From the human T2T-CHM13v2.0 reference genome, Homo sapiens, in NCBI RefSeq assembly GCF_009914755.1, contig NC_060940.1: a stretch of DNA of 64,000 nucleotides; one strand, given 5' to 3'. The translations under genes were made by a program, and so were the position numbers. The notes beneath the pieces are model-generated. The model was not told where the DNA came from and searched no databases. It saw nothing but the letters and a program-made list of their open reading frames with translations. This document shows, piece by piece, positions 40,901 to 53,630 of this stretch. The number at the start of each line of letters is the position of its first letter. Positions within the stretch are counted from its first letter, which is position 1.

Positions 40901-43543
40901 CTTCGTTGATTCCATCTGATTCCACTTGACGATGATTCCATTCAAGTCCAATCGATGATTCCATTCGGTTCCATTCAATGATTCCATTCGAGTCCATTTA
41001 TGTATTATATTCGTGTCCACTTGATGACTCACTCCATTCAATTCCATTTAATGATGATTCCATTTGATTCCATTTGATGATTCAGGTCGATTCCTTACAA
41101 TGATTCCCTACGATTCCTTTCTATGATGATTCCATTCGATTCCATTCATTGATGATTCCATTCGACTCCATTCGATGATGATTCCTTTCGATTCCATTTG
41201 ACGATGTTTCCATTTGAGTCCATTCGATGATGATTCAATTCAGTTCTGTTCTATTATGAATCCATTCGATTTCATTCAATGCTTCTATTTGATTCCATTC
41301 GACGATGATTCCATCTCTTTCCCTTCGATGTTTCCATTTGATTCCATTCAGTGATGATTCCATTTGATTCCATCTGATGATGATTTCACTTGATTCATTT
41401 CAATGATGATTCCATTCAAGTCCATTCGATGATTCCATTGGAGTCCAAACGATCATTCCATTCGATTCCATTCAATGATGATTCCATTCATGTCCATTCA
41501 ATGAATCCTTTCAATTCCATTCGATGATGACTCCATTCGAGTACATTCGATGATTCCATTTGATTCCATTTGATGATGATTACATTCAATTCCATTCGAA
41601 GATGATTCCATTCAATTCCACTTGATGATGATTCCGTATGAATCCATTCGCTGATTATTCCATTCGATTCCATTCATTGACGATTCCATTCGATTCCATT
41701 CAATGATGATGCTCTTCTATTCCATTCGATGATTCCGGTCGATTCCATTCGATGATGATTCCATTCGATTGTTGCATTCGATTCCCTTCGATGATGATTC
41801 CTTTGAATTCCATTCTATTATGATTCCGTATGAATCCATTTGATGATTATTCCATTGGATTCCTTTCGATGATGATTCCATTCGATTCCATTTGATGATG
41901 TTTCTCATGTATTCCATTTGATAATTCCTTTCAATTCCCTTCGATGATGATTCTTTCGAGTCAATTCGATGATTCTATTCCATTCCCTTCGATGATGATT
42001 CCATTTCACTCCATTCGATGATTCCATTCGATTCAATTTGGTGATGATTCAATTCGATGACATTCGATGACTCCATTCAATTTCATTTGATGATGATTAC
42101 ATTCGAGTCCATTTGATGATTGTATTCCTTTCCTTTTGATGATTATTCCATTCGTGTCTATTCAAATATTCCATTCTATTCCATTCAATGATGATTCCAA
42201 TTGATTCCATTCAATGATTATGGCTATCGATTCCACTCGTTGATTCCATTTGATTCCATTCGATGATTATTCCGTTAGATTCCATTAGGAGATTCCATTC
42301 GATTTTATTCAATGATTCCAATTGATTCCATTCAATGATGATTCCATTCGACTCCATTCAGTGATTCCATTTGAGTCCATTTGATGATTCCATTCGAGTC
42401 CATTTGATGATTCCATTCTTTTCCATTTGATGATGATTCCATTAGGGTCCATTCAATGATTCCATTCGAGTCCATTCGTTAATGCCTTTCGAGTCCTTTT
42501 GATCACTACATTCGAGTCCATTCAATGATTCTATTCGATTCCATTCCATGATGATTCCATTCGAGTTCATTCGATGATTGCATTCGAGTCCATTTGATGA
42601 TTCCATAAGATTCCATTCGACAATGATTCCATTCGTGTCCATTGGATGATTCCATTCATTTCCTATCGATGAAGATTCCATTCGAGTGTATTCGATGATT
42701 CCATTCAAATCCATTCGATGATGATTCCATTCCAGTCCATTCGATCATTCCACTTGATTCCATTTGATGACTATTCCATTCAAATCCATTTGATGATTCC
42801 ATTCGATTCCATTCGATGTTACCATTCCAGTATATACGATGATTCCACTCGATTCCATTTGATGATTATTCCATTGGAGTCGACTTAGTGAATCCTTTAG
42901 ATTCTACTCGAAGATGATTCCATTCGAGTCCATTCGATGATACCATTCAATTCCATTCGTTGATGCTTCCATTCAAGTGCATTCGATGATATCATTCGAT
43001 TCCATTTGATGATAATTCCATTTGATTCCATGTGATGATTCTATTCCATTCCATTCAATGATAATTCCATTCAATTCAGTGATTCCTCTGGACTCCATTT
43101 GATGATGATTCCATTCAATGATTCCATTCGATTCTATTCGAAAATGATTCCATTTGAATCCATTTGATGATGATTCCATTCGATTCCATTTGATGATTCC
43201 ATTCGATTCCATTCGACGATGATTCCATTCGATTCCATTTGATGATTCCATTCTATTCTATTCGATGATGATTCCATTCGATTCCATTCGATGATGATTG
43301 GATTCGATTCCATTTGATGATTTCATTTGATTCCATTCGATGATGATTTTGATCAATTCCATTCGATGATTCCATTCGATTCCATTTGATAATGATTACA
43401 TCCGAGTCCATTCGATGATTCCATTTGAGCCCGTTCGATAATTCCATTTGAGTCCAATCAATGATTCCATTCATTTCCATTCAATGATTCCATTCGAGTC
43501 CATTTGATCATTCCGGTAGGGTCCGTTCGATGTTGATTCCATT
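37946..43543 (+). repeat. Family A macro-repeat copy 4, truncated (equivalent to copy 1 positions 1 to ~5608; 10-bp deletion near 41765)
   Basis: Offset to copy 1 is 37945 (1442/39387) and then 37935 (4507/42442). Colinearity ends just after ccggtagggtccgttcgatgttgattccatt. Confidence 0.93.
39552..41230 (+). repeat. Internal 836-bp tandem duplication (A copy 4)
   Basis: ORFs 39720/40556 and 40008/40844 are 836 bp apart. Confidence 0.92.
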
Positions 43544-43707
43544 CGAGTCCATTCGATGATTCTATTCGAATCCATTTGATGATTTCTTTTGATTATAGTT
43601 GGTGATGATTCCATTGGAGTCCATTCAATGATTCCATTCTATTCCAATCGATGATGATTCCATTAGAGTCCATTTAACGATTCCATTTGATTCCAGTCTC
43701 TGATGAT
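43544..43707 (+). repeat. Transitional segment between families A and B (homologous to copy 1 ~8200-8365)
   Basis: Contains tctattcgaatcc...gattatagttgg...ccagtctctg. This block is present in A units but absent at the corresponding place in later B units (~53625, ~63585). Confidence 0.75.
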
Positions 43708-46700
43708 TACATTCGAGTCCATACGATGATTCCACTCAATTCCATATGATGATGATTCCATTCGATTCCATTCGATGATTCCATTCTGTTCTATTCAATG
43801 GTGATTCCATTCGATTCCATTCAATTATGATTCTATTTGTGTCCCTTAGATGATTCCACATGATTCCATTAGATGATGATACTATTTGAGCCCATCCAAT
43901 GATTCCCTTCGATTCTATTCGATGAGGATTCCATTCGATTCAGTTCATTGGTGATTCTATTCAATTCAATTCTTTGATTCCATTCCATTCCATTCGACAA
44001 TGATTCCATTCGATTTCTTTCGATGATTCCACTCGATTCCACTTGACATTGATTCCCTTCGATTCCATTCAATGATTCCATTTGATTCAGTGGATGATGA
44101 TTGCCATCGATTCCATTCGATCACTCCATTCTATTCCATTTGATGATGATTACATTCGATTCCATTTGACGATTCCATCTGATTCTATTCGAGGATTCCA
44201 TTTGATTCCATTCGATGATGATTCCATTCGAGTCCATTCGATGATTTCATTCGAGTACATCCAATGATTCCATTCGAGTCCATTTGATGATTCCATTTGA
44301 TTCCATTTGATAATGATTCTACTAGAGTCCATTCAATGACTCCATTGGAGTCCATTCAACAATTCCATTCGACTCCATTTGATGATTCCATTCGATTCCA
44401 TTTGATGATTCCATTCGAGTCCATTTAATCATTACAGTCGAGTACATTTGGTGATTCCACCGGATTTCTTTTGATAATGATACCATTCAATTACATTTGA
44501 TGATGATCCCATTCCATTTCATTTGATGGTGATTCCATTAGAGTCCATTCGATGATTTCATTCGAGTCCCTTCATTGATTCCATCCGATTTCATTGGATG
44601 ATGACTCCATTCGAGTCCATTCGATGATTCCACTCGATTCCATTAGATGATTCCATTGGAGTCCATTTGATTGTTCCATTCGATTCCATTCGATTCCTTT
44701 CGAAGATTATTCCATTTGAGTCCATTCGATGATGATTCCATTCCATTCCATTCGATGATTCCATTTGATTCCATTCGATGATTCCCTTCGATTCCTTTCT
44801 TTGATGATTCCATTCCATTGCATTCAATGATTCCATTCGAATCTATTCCATGATGATTCCTTTCGATTCCATTCGCTGATGTTTCCTTTCAATTCCATTC
44901 GATGATGATTCCATTCGATTCCATTCATTGAGGATTCCATTTGATTCCATTCAATGATGATTCCGTTCTATTCCATTCAATGATTGCATTCAATTCCATT
45001 CAATGATTATCCCATTAGAGTAAACTCAACGATTCCATTCAATACCATTCGATGGTGATTCCTTTTGAGTCCATTCAATGATTTCATTCAAGTCCATTTG
45101 ATGATTCCTTTCAATTCCATTCTATGATGATTCCATTCGAGTCCATTCGATGATTCCATTCGATTGCATACGATGATTCCATTATATTCCAGTCAACGAT
45201 GATTCCATTCGAGTCCATTCGATGATTCCATTAGAGTACATTTAATGATTGCTTTGTTTTCAATTCGAAGATGATTACATTGGATTCCATTCTATGATAC
45301 CATTCGATTCCATTCAATGATGATTCCACTCAAATCCATTGGATGATTCCATTCGTGTCCATTCGGTGATTTCATTAGATTCCATTCGAGGATGATTCCA
45401 TTCGATTCCATTCGATGATTCCATTCAATTCCATTCGATGATGATTCCATTCCAGTCCATATGATCATTCCATTTGATTTCATTCGATGATGATTCCATT
45501 CGATTCCATTCGATGATTCCATTCTATTCCATTCGATGATGATTCCATTCGAGTCCATTCGATGATTCCATTCGAGTCCATTTAATGATTCCATTGGGTT
45601 CAATTCAATGATGATTACATTGGATTCCGTTCTATGATTCCATTCAATTCCGTTCATTGACAATTTGATTCCATTCGATGATGATTCCATTTGAGTTCAT
45701 TCGATGATTCTATTCGATTCTCTTCGATGGTGATTCAATTCTATTATATTGGATGATTCCATTCGATTCCATTTGATGTTGATTCAATTCGATTCTATTC
45801 GATGATGATTCCATTGGATTTCACTTGATGATTCTATTCGATTCCATTCAATGATGATTCACTTCTCGTCCATTGGATGATTCCATTTCATTCCATTCGA
45901 TGATGATTTCCTACGATTCCATGCGACGGTGAGCAATTCGATTCAATTCCATGATGATTCTATTTGATTCAATTAGATGATGTTTCCATTCGAATCCATT
46001 CCATGATTATTCCATTGGAATCCATTTGGCGATGATTCCATATGAGTCAATTCAATGATGATTCCATATGGGTCCGTTCGATGATAATTCCATTTGATTT
46101 CATTCAATGCTTCTATTCTATTCCAGTCGATGATGATTCCGTTGGAGTCCATACGATGATTCCATTTGATTTCATTTGATGATGATTCCATTCGATGATG
46201 ATTACATTGGATTCCATTCTATGATTCCATTCAATTCCATTCGTTGATGATTCGATTCCATTCAATGATGATTCCATTTGAGTTCATTCGATGATTCTAT
46301 TCGATTCCGTTCGATGGTGATTCAATTCTATTATATTGGATGATTCCACTCGATTCCATTTGATGATTATTCCATTGGAGTCCACTTAGTGAATCCTTTA
46401 GATTCTACTCGAAGATGATTCCATTCGAGTCCATTCGATGATACCATTCAATTCCATTCGTTGATGCTTCCATTCAAGTGCATTCGATGATATCATTCGA
46501 TTCCATTTGATGATAATTCCATTTGATTCCATGCGATGATTCTATTCGATTCCATTCAATGATAATTCCATTCAATTCAGTGATTCCTCTGGACTCCATT
46601 TGATGATGATTCCATTCAATGATTCCATTCGATTCTATTCCAAAATGATTCCATTTGAATCCATTTGATGATGATTCCATTAGATTCCATTTGATGATTC

Positions 46701-49700
46701 CATTCGATTGCATTTGACGATGATTCCATTCGATTCCATTTGATGATTCCATTCTATTCTATTCGATGATGATTCCATTCGATTCCATTTGATGATGATT
46801 GGATTCGATTCCATTTGATGATTTCATTTGATTCCATTCGTTAATGATTTCGATCAACTCCATTCGATGATTCCATTTGATTCCATTCGATAATGATTAC
46901 ATCCGAGTCCATTCGATGATTCCATTTGAGCCCGTTCGATAATTCCATTTGAGTCCAATCAATGATTCCATTCATTTCCATTCAATGATTCCATTCGAGT
47001 CCATTTGATCATTCTGGTAGGGTCCGTTCGATGTTGATTCCATTGGAGTGCATTCGATGATTCCATTCGAGTCCATTTTATGATTTGATTCGAGTCCTTT
47101 CGGTGATTCCTTTCGATTCCACTCGATGATGATTTCATTCGAGTCCATTCGACACTTCCAATCGATTCCATTTGATGTTTCCATTCGAGTCCAATTGATG
47201 ATTCCATTCAATTCCATTCGATGATGATTCCGTACGATTCCATTCTGTGATGATTCCATGTGATTGCATTCCATGATGATTCCTTTCGATTGCATTCGAT
47301 TATGATTCATTTCGTGTTCATTCTATGGTTCCACAGGTTTCCATTCGATGACGTTTCCGTTCGTGTCCATTCCATTATTCCATTCTATTTCATTTGATGA
47401 TGATTCCATTCGATTCCATTCATTGGTGATTCCACTCAATTCCATTCAATGATTCCATTCCATTTCTTTCAACAATGATTCCATTAGTTTCTATTCGATG
47501 ATCCACTTGATTCCATTTGGCGATGATTCCATTCGTGTCCATTCGATGATTCCATTTGATTCCATATGATGATGATTCCATTCGATTCCATACCATGATG
47601 ATTCCATTCGAGTCCATTCAATGGTGATTCCATTCAATTCCATTCGGTGATTCCTTTCGATTCCATTTGATGATGATGGCATTTGATTCCTTTCAATCAT
47701 TCCCTTTGATTCCACTCAAAGGTGATTTCATTCAAGTCCATTCGATAATTGCATTCGATTCCATTCTATGATGATTCCATTCGAGTCCATTTGATGATTC
47801 CATTCAATTCAAGTCAATGATGATTCCATTCGATTCCATTCGATGATTCCATTGGATTCCATTCGATGATGATTCCATTCAAATCCATTCGATAATTCAA
47901 TTCAAGTCCATTCGATGATGATTCCAATCGAATCCATTCAAAGATTCCATTCAATTCCATTCGATGATGATTCCCTTAGATTCCATTCGATGATTCCACT
48001 TGATTCCATTTACTATGATTCCATTCGATTCCATGTGATGAATCCATTCAATTCTATTCAATGATGTTTCCATTTGATTCCATTGGACCATGATTGCCTT
48101 TGATTCCATTCAATGATTCCATTCGGTTCCATTTGATGATGATTCCGTTCGATTCCATTTCATTATTCCATTTGATTCCATTGGATGAGTCCATTCGATT
48201 ACATTCGATGATTATTCCATTCGAGTGCATTAGATGATTGCATTCGAGTCCATTCGATGATTCCATTCGATTCCATTCGATGTTGATTCTGTTCAAATCC
48301 ATTCGATGATTCCACTCGATTCCAATCGATGACTCCATTTGATCCCATTCGATGATTTCCTGTGATTCCCTTTGATGATCATTCTATTTGATTCAATTCG
48401 GTGATTTCATTTCATTCCATTCAGTGATGTTTCCATTCGACTGTATTCGATGATGATTCCATTCGACTCCATTCGATTATGATTTCATTCAATTCCATTC
48501 AATAATGATTCCCTTCGAGTCCATTCGATGATTCCATTCGATTCCATTCAACGATGATTTGATTCGTTTCCATTCGATGATTCCATTTGATTCCACTTGA
48601 TGATGATTCCATTCGAGTCTATTTATGTATTATATTCGTGTCCACTTCATGATTCCATTCAATTCCATTTAATGTTGATTCCATTTGATTCCATTTGATG
48701 ATTCAGTTCGATTCCTTGCAATGATTCCCTACGATTCCTTTCTCTGATGATTCCATTCGATTCCATTCATTGATGATTTCATTCGACTCCATTCGATGAT
48801 GATTCCTTTCGATTCCATTTGACGATGTTTCCATTCGAGTCCATTCGATGATGATTCTATTCAATTCTGTTCTATTATGATTCCATTCGATTTCATTCAA
48901 TGCTTCTATTTGATTCCATTCGATGATGATTCCATCTCTTTCCCTTCGATGATTCCATTTGATTCCATTCAGTGATGATTCCATTTGATTCCATCTGATG
49001 ATGATTTCACTTGATTCCTTTCAATGATGATTCAATTCAAGTCCATTCGATGATTCCATTGGAGTCCAAACGATCATTCCGTTCGATTCCATTCAATGGT
49101 GATTCCATTCATGTCCATTCGATGAATCCATTCAATTCCATTCGATGATGACTCCATTCGAGTACATTCGATGATTCCATTTGATTCCATTTGAAGATGA
49201 TTCCATTCAATTCCATTCGAAGATGATTCCATTCAATTCCATTCGATGATGATTCCGTATGAATCCATTCTCTGATTATTCCATTCGATTCCATTCATTG
49301 ACGATTCCATTCAATTCCATTCAATGATGATTCTCTTCTATTCCATTCGATGATTCCGGTCGATTCCATTCGATGATGATTCCATTAGATTCCATTCGAT
49401 TGTTGCATTCGATTCCCTTCGATGATGATTCCTTTGAATTCCATTCGATTATCATTCCGTATGAATCCATTTGATGATTATTCCATTGGATTCCTTTCGA
49501 TGATGATTCCATTCGATTCCATTTGATGATGTTTCTCTTGTATTCCATTGGATAATTCCTTTCAGTTCCCTTCGATGATTATTCTTTCGAGTCAATTCGA
49601 TGATTCTATTCCATTCCCTTCGATGATGATTCCATTTCACTCCATTTGATGATTCCATTCGACTCAATTTGGTGATGATTCAATTCGATGACATTCGATG

Positions 49701-52700
49701 ACTCCATTCAATTTCATTTGATGATGATTACATTCGAGTCCATTTGATGATTGTATTCCTTTCCTTTTGATGATTATTCCATTCGTGTCTATTCAAAGGT
49801 TCCATTCTATTCCATTCAATGATGATTGCATTTGATTCCATTCAATGATTATGGCTATCGATTCCACTCGTTGATTCCATTTGATTCCGTTCGATGATTA
49901 TTCCGTTAGATTCCATTAGAAGATTCCATTCGATTTTATTCAATGATTCCAATGGATTCCATTCAATGATGATTCCATTCGACTCCATTCAGTGATTCCA
50001 TTCGAGTCCATTTGATGATTCCATTCTTTTCCATTTGATGATGATTCCATTAGGGTCCATTCAATGATTCCATTCGAGTCCATTCGTTAATGCCTTTCGA
50101 GTCCTTTTGATCACTACATTCGAGTCCATTCAATGATTCTATTCGATTATATTCCATGATGATTCCATTCGAGTTCATTCGATGATTGCATTCGAGTCCA
50201 TTTGATGATTCCATATGATTCCCTTCGACAATGATTCCATTCGTGTCCATTTGATGATTCCATTCATTTCCTATCGATGAAGATTCCATTCAAGTGTATT
50301 CGATGATTCCATTCAAATCCATTCGATGATGATTCCATTCCAGTCCATTCGATCATTCCACTTGATTCCATTTGATGACTATTCCATTCAAATCCATTTG
50401 ATGATTCCATTCGATTCCATTCGATGTTACCATTCGAGTATATACGATGATTCCACTCGATTCCATTTGATGATTATTCCATTGGAGTCCACTTAGTGAA
50501 TCCTTTAGATTCTACTGGAAGATGATTCCATTCGAGTCCATTCGATGATACCATTCAATTCCATTCGTTGATGCTTCCATTCAAGTGCATTCGATGATAT
50601 CATTCGATTCCATTTGATGATAATTCCATTTGATTCCATGCGATGATTCTATTCGATTCCATTCAATGATAATTCCATTCAATTCAGTGATTCCTCTGGA
50701 CTCCATTTGATGATGATTCCATTCAATGATTCCATTCGATTCTATTCGAAAATGATTCCATTTGAATCCATTTGATGATGATTCCATTGGATTCCATTTG
50801 ATGATTCCATTCGATTCCATTCGATGATGATTCCATTCGATTCCTTTTGATGAATCCATTCTATTGTATTCGATGATGATTCCATTCGATTCCATTCGAT
50901 GATGATTGGATTCGATTCCATTTGATGATTTCATTTGATTCCATTCGATAAGGATTTCGATCAATTCCATTCAATGATTCCATTCGATTCCATTCGATAA
51001 TGATTACATCCGAGTCCATTCGATGATTCCATTTGAGCCCGTTCGATAATTCCATTTGAGTCCAATCAATGATTCCATTCATTTCCATTCAATGATTCCA
51101 TTCGAGTCCATTTGATCATTCCGGTAGGGTCCGTTCGATGTTGATTCCATTGGAGTGCATTCGATGATTCCATTCGAGTCCATTTTAGGATTTGATTCGA
51201 GTCCTTTCGATGATTCCATTCGATTCCACTCGATGATTTCATTCGAGTCCATTCGACACTTCCAATCGATTCCATTTGATGTTTCCATTCGATTCCAATT
51301 GATGATTCCATTCAATTCCATTCGATGATGATTCCGTACGATTCCATTCTGTGATGATTCCATGTGATTGCATTCAATGATGATTCCTTTCGATTGCATT
51401 CGATTATGATTCATTTCGTGTTCATTCTATGGTTCCACAGGTTTCCATTCGATGATGTTTCCATTCGTGTCCATTCCATTATTCCATTCTATTCCATTTG
51501 AAGATGATTCCATTCGATTCCATTCATTGGTGATTCCACTCAATTCCATTCAATGATTCCATTCCATTTCTTTCAACAATGATTCCATTAGTTTCTATTC
51601 GATGATCCACTTGATTCCATTTGACGATGATTCCATTCGTGTCCATTCGATGATTCCATTTGATTCCATATGATGATGATTCCATTCGATTCCATACGAT
51701 GATGATTCCATTCGAGTCCATTCAATGGTGATTCCATTCAATTCCATTCGATGATTCCTTTCGATTCCATTCAATGATGATGGCATTCGATTCCTTTCGA
51801 TCATTCCCTTTGATTCCATTCAAAGGTGATTTCATTCAAGTCCATTCGATAATTGCATTCGATTCCATTCTATGATGATTCCATTCGAGTCCATTTGATG
51901 ATTCCATTCAATTCAATTCAATGATGATTCCATTCGATTCCACTCGATGATTCCATTGGATTCCATTCGATGATGATTCCATTCAAATCCATTCGATAAT
52001 TCAATTCAAGTCCATTCGATGATGATTCCAATCGAATCCATTCAAAGATTCCACTCAATTCCATTCGATGATGATTCCCTTAGATTCCATTCAATGATTC
52101 CACTTGATTCCATTTACGATGATTCCATTCGATTCCATGTGATGATTCCATTCAATTCTATTCAATGATGTTTCCACTTGATTCCATTCGAACATGATTG
52201 CCTTTGATTCCATTCAATGATTCCATACGGTTCCATTTGATGATGATTCCATTCGAGTGCATTAGATGATTCCATTCGAGTCCATTCGATGATTCCATTC
52301 GATTCCATTCGATGTTGATTCTGTTCAAATCCATTCGATGATTCCACTCGATTCCATTCGATGACTCCATTTGATCCCATTCGATGATTTCCTTTGATTC
52401 CCTTTGATGATCATTCCATTTGATTCAATTCGGTGATTTCATTTGATTCCATTCAGTGATGTTTCCATTCAACTCCTTTCGATGATGATTCCATTCGACT
52501 CCATTCGATTATGATTTCATTCAATTCCATTCGATAATGATTCCCTTCAAGTCCATTCGATGATTCCATTCGATTCCATTCAACGATGATTTGATTCGTG
52601 TCCATTCGATGATTCCATTTGATTCCATTTGATGATGATTCCATTCGAGTCCCTTTGATGATTCCATTCAATTCCATTCTCCGATGATTTCTTTTGAGCC

Positions 52701-53630
52701 CATTCAATGCTTCCACTCGATTCCATATGATGATGACTCCATTTGATGAAATTCCATGATGATTCCATTCGCTTGCATTCGATGATGATTCCACTTGAGT
52801 CCGTTAGAAGATTCTATTCAATTACATTCCATGACGATTCTGTTCGAGTCCATTTGATGATTCCATTAGACTCCATTCGACGATGATTCCATTCGATGTT
52901 ATTCGATGATGATTCCATTCAACTCCATTCGATGTTTCCATTCGAGTTCATTCTATTATTCCATTAGATTCCATTCGATGATGATTCCATTCGATTCCAT
53001 TTGATGATTGCATTCTATTTCATTTGATGATGATTCCATTCGAGTCCATTCGATGATTCCATTCGAGTCCATTTAATGAATCCATTGGTTTCAATTCTAT
53101 GATGATTACATTGGATTCCATTCGTTGATGATTTCATTCGATTCCATTCAATGATGATTCCATTCAATTCCATTCAATGATTCCATTCAATTCCATACGA
53201 TGATGATTCCATTTGATTTGATTCGACAGTGAGCCATTCGATTCAATTCCATGATGATTCTATTTGATTCAATTGGTTGACATTTCCATTCGATTCCATT
53301 CGATGATGATTCCATTTGATTCCATTCAAAGATGATTCCATTCTAGCCCATTCAATCATTCCATTCTATTCTATTCAATGATGATTCCATTCATGTCGAT
53401 TTGGTGATTCCATTTGACTTCATTTGATGATGATTCCTTTCAAGTTCATTAGATGATTCCATTCGATTCCATTTGATGATGATCCCATTCGAGTCCATTC
53501 AGTGATTCCACTCGTTTCCATTCCATGATGATTCCATTCCATTCCATTCAATGATTCCATTCGATTCCGTTTGATGATGATTTCATTCGAGTCCATTTGA
53601 TGATTCCATTTGATTCCATTCGATGATGAT
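43708..53630 (+). repeat. Family B macro-repeat copy 1 (~9,923 bp)
   Basis: Marker tacattcgagtccata at 43708, 53631 and 63591. ORF markers recur at +9937 (44591/54528, 45292/55229, 48054/57991) and +9960 (48703/58663, 52453/62413). Confidence 0.92.
46345..52645 (+). repeat. Internal direct duplication in B copy 1: ~2.2-kb block at ~46345-48610 repeated ~4.1 kb downstream at ~50450-52645
   Basis: ORF markers 46474/50581 and 46959/51066 (+4107), 47420/51524 and 48054/52158 (+4104). Markers cttagtgaatcctttag, ggtagggtccg and ccacaggtttcc each occur twice. Confidence 0.88.

Noticed and set aside
1-43543. The 12.7-kb copies as a purely artefactual assembly duplication
   Set aside because: Each copy carries private and shared SNPs and monomer-sized indels consistent with real evolution, although read-level confirmation is still needed.
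44082-44267. Only plus-strand ORF (61 aa)
   Set aside because: It starts at TTG, is a chance stop-free satellite stretch, and has no coding features.
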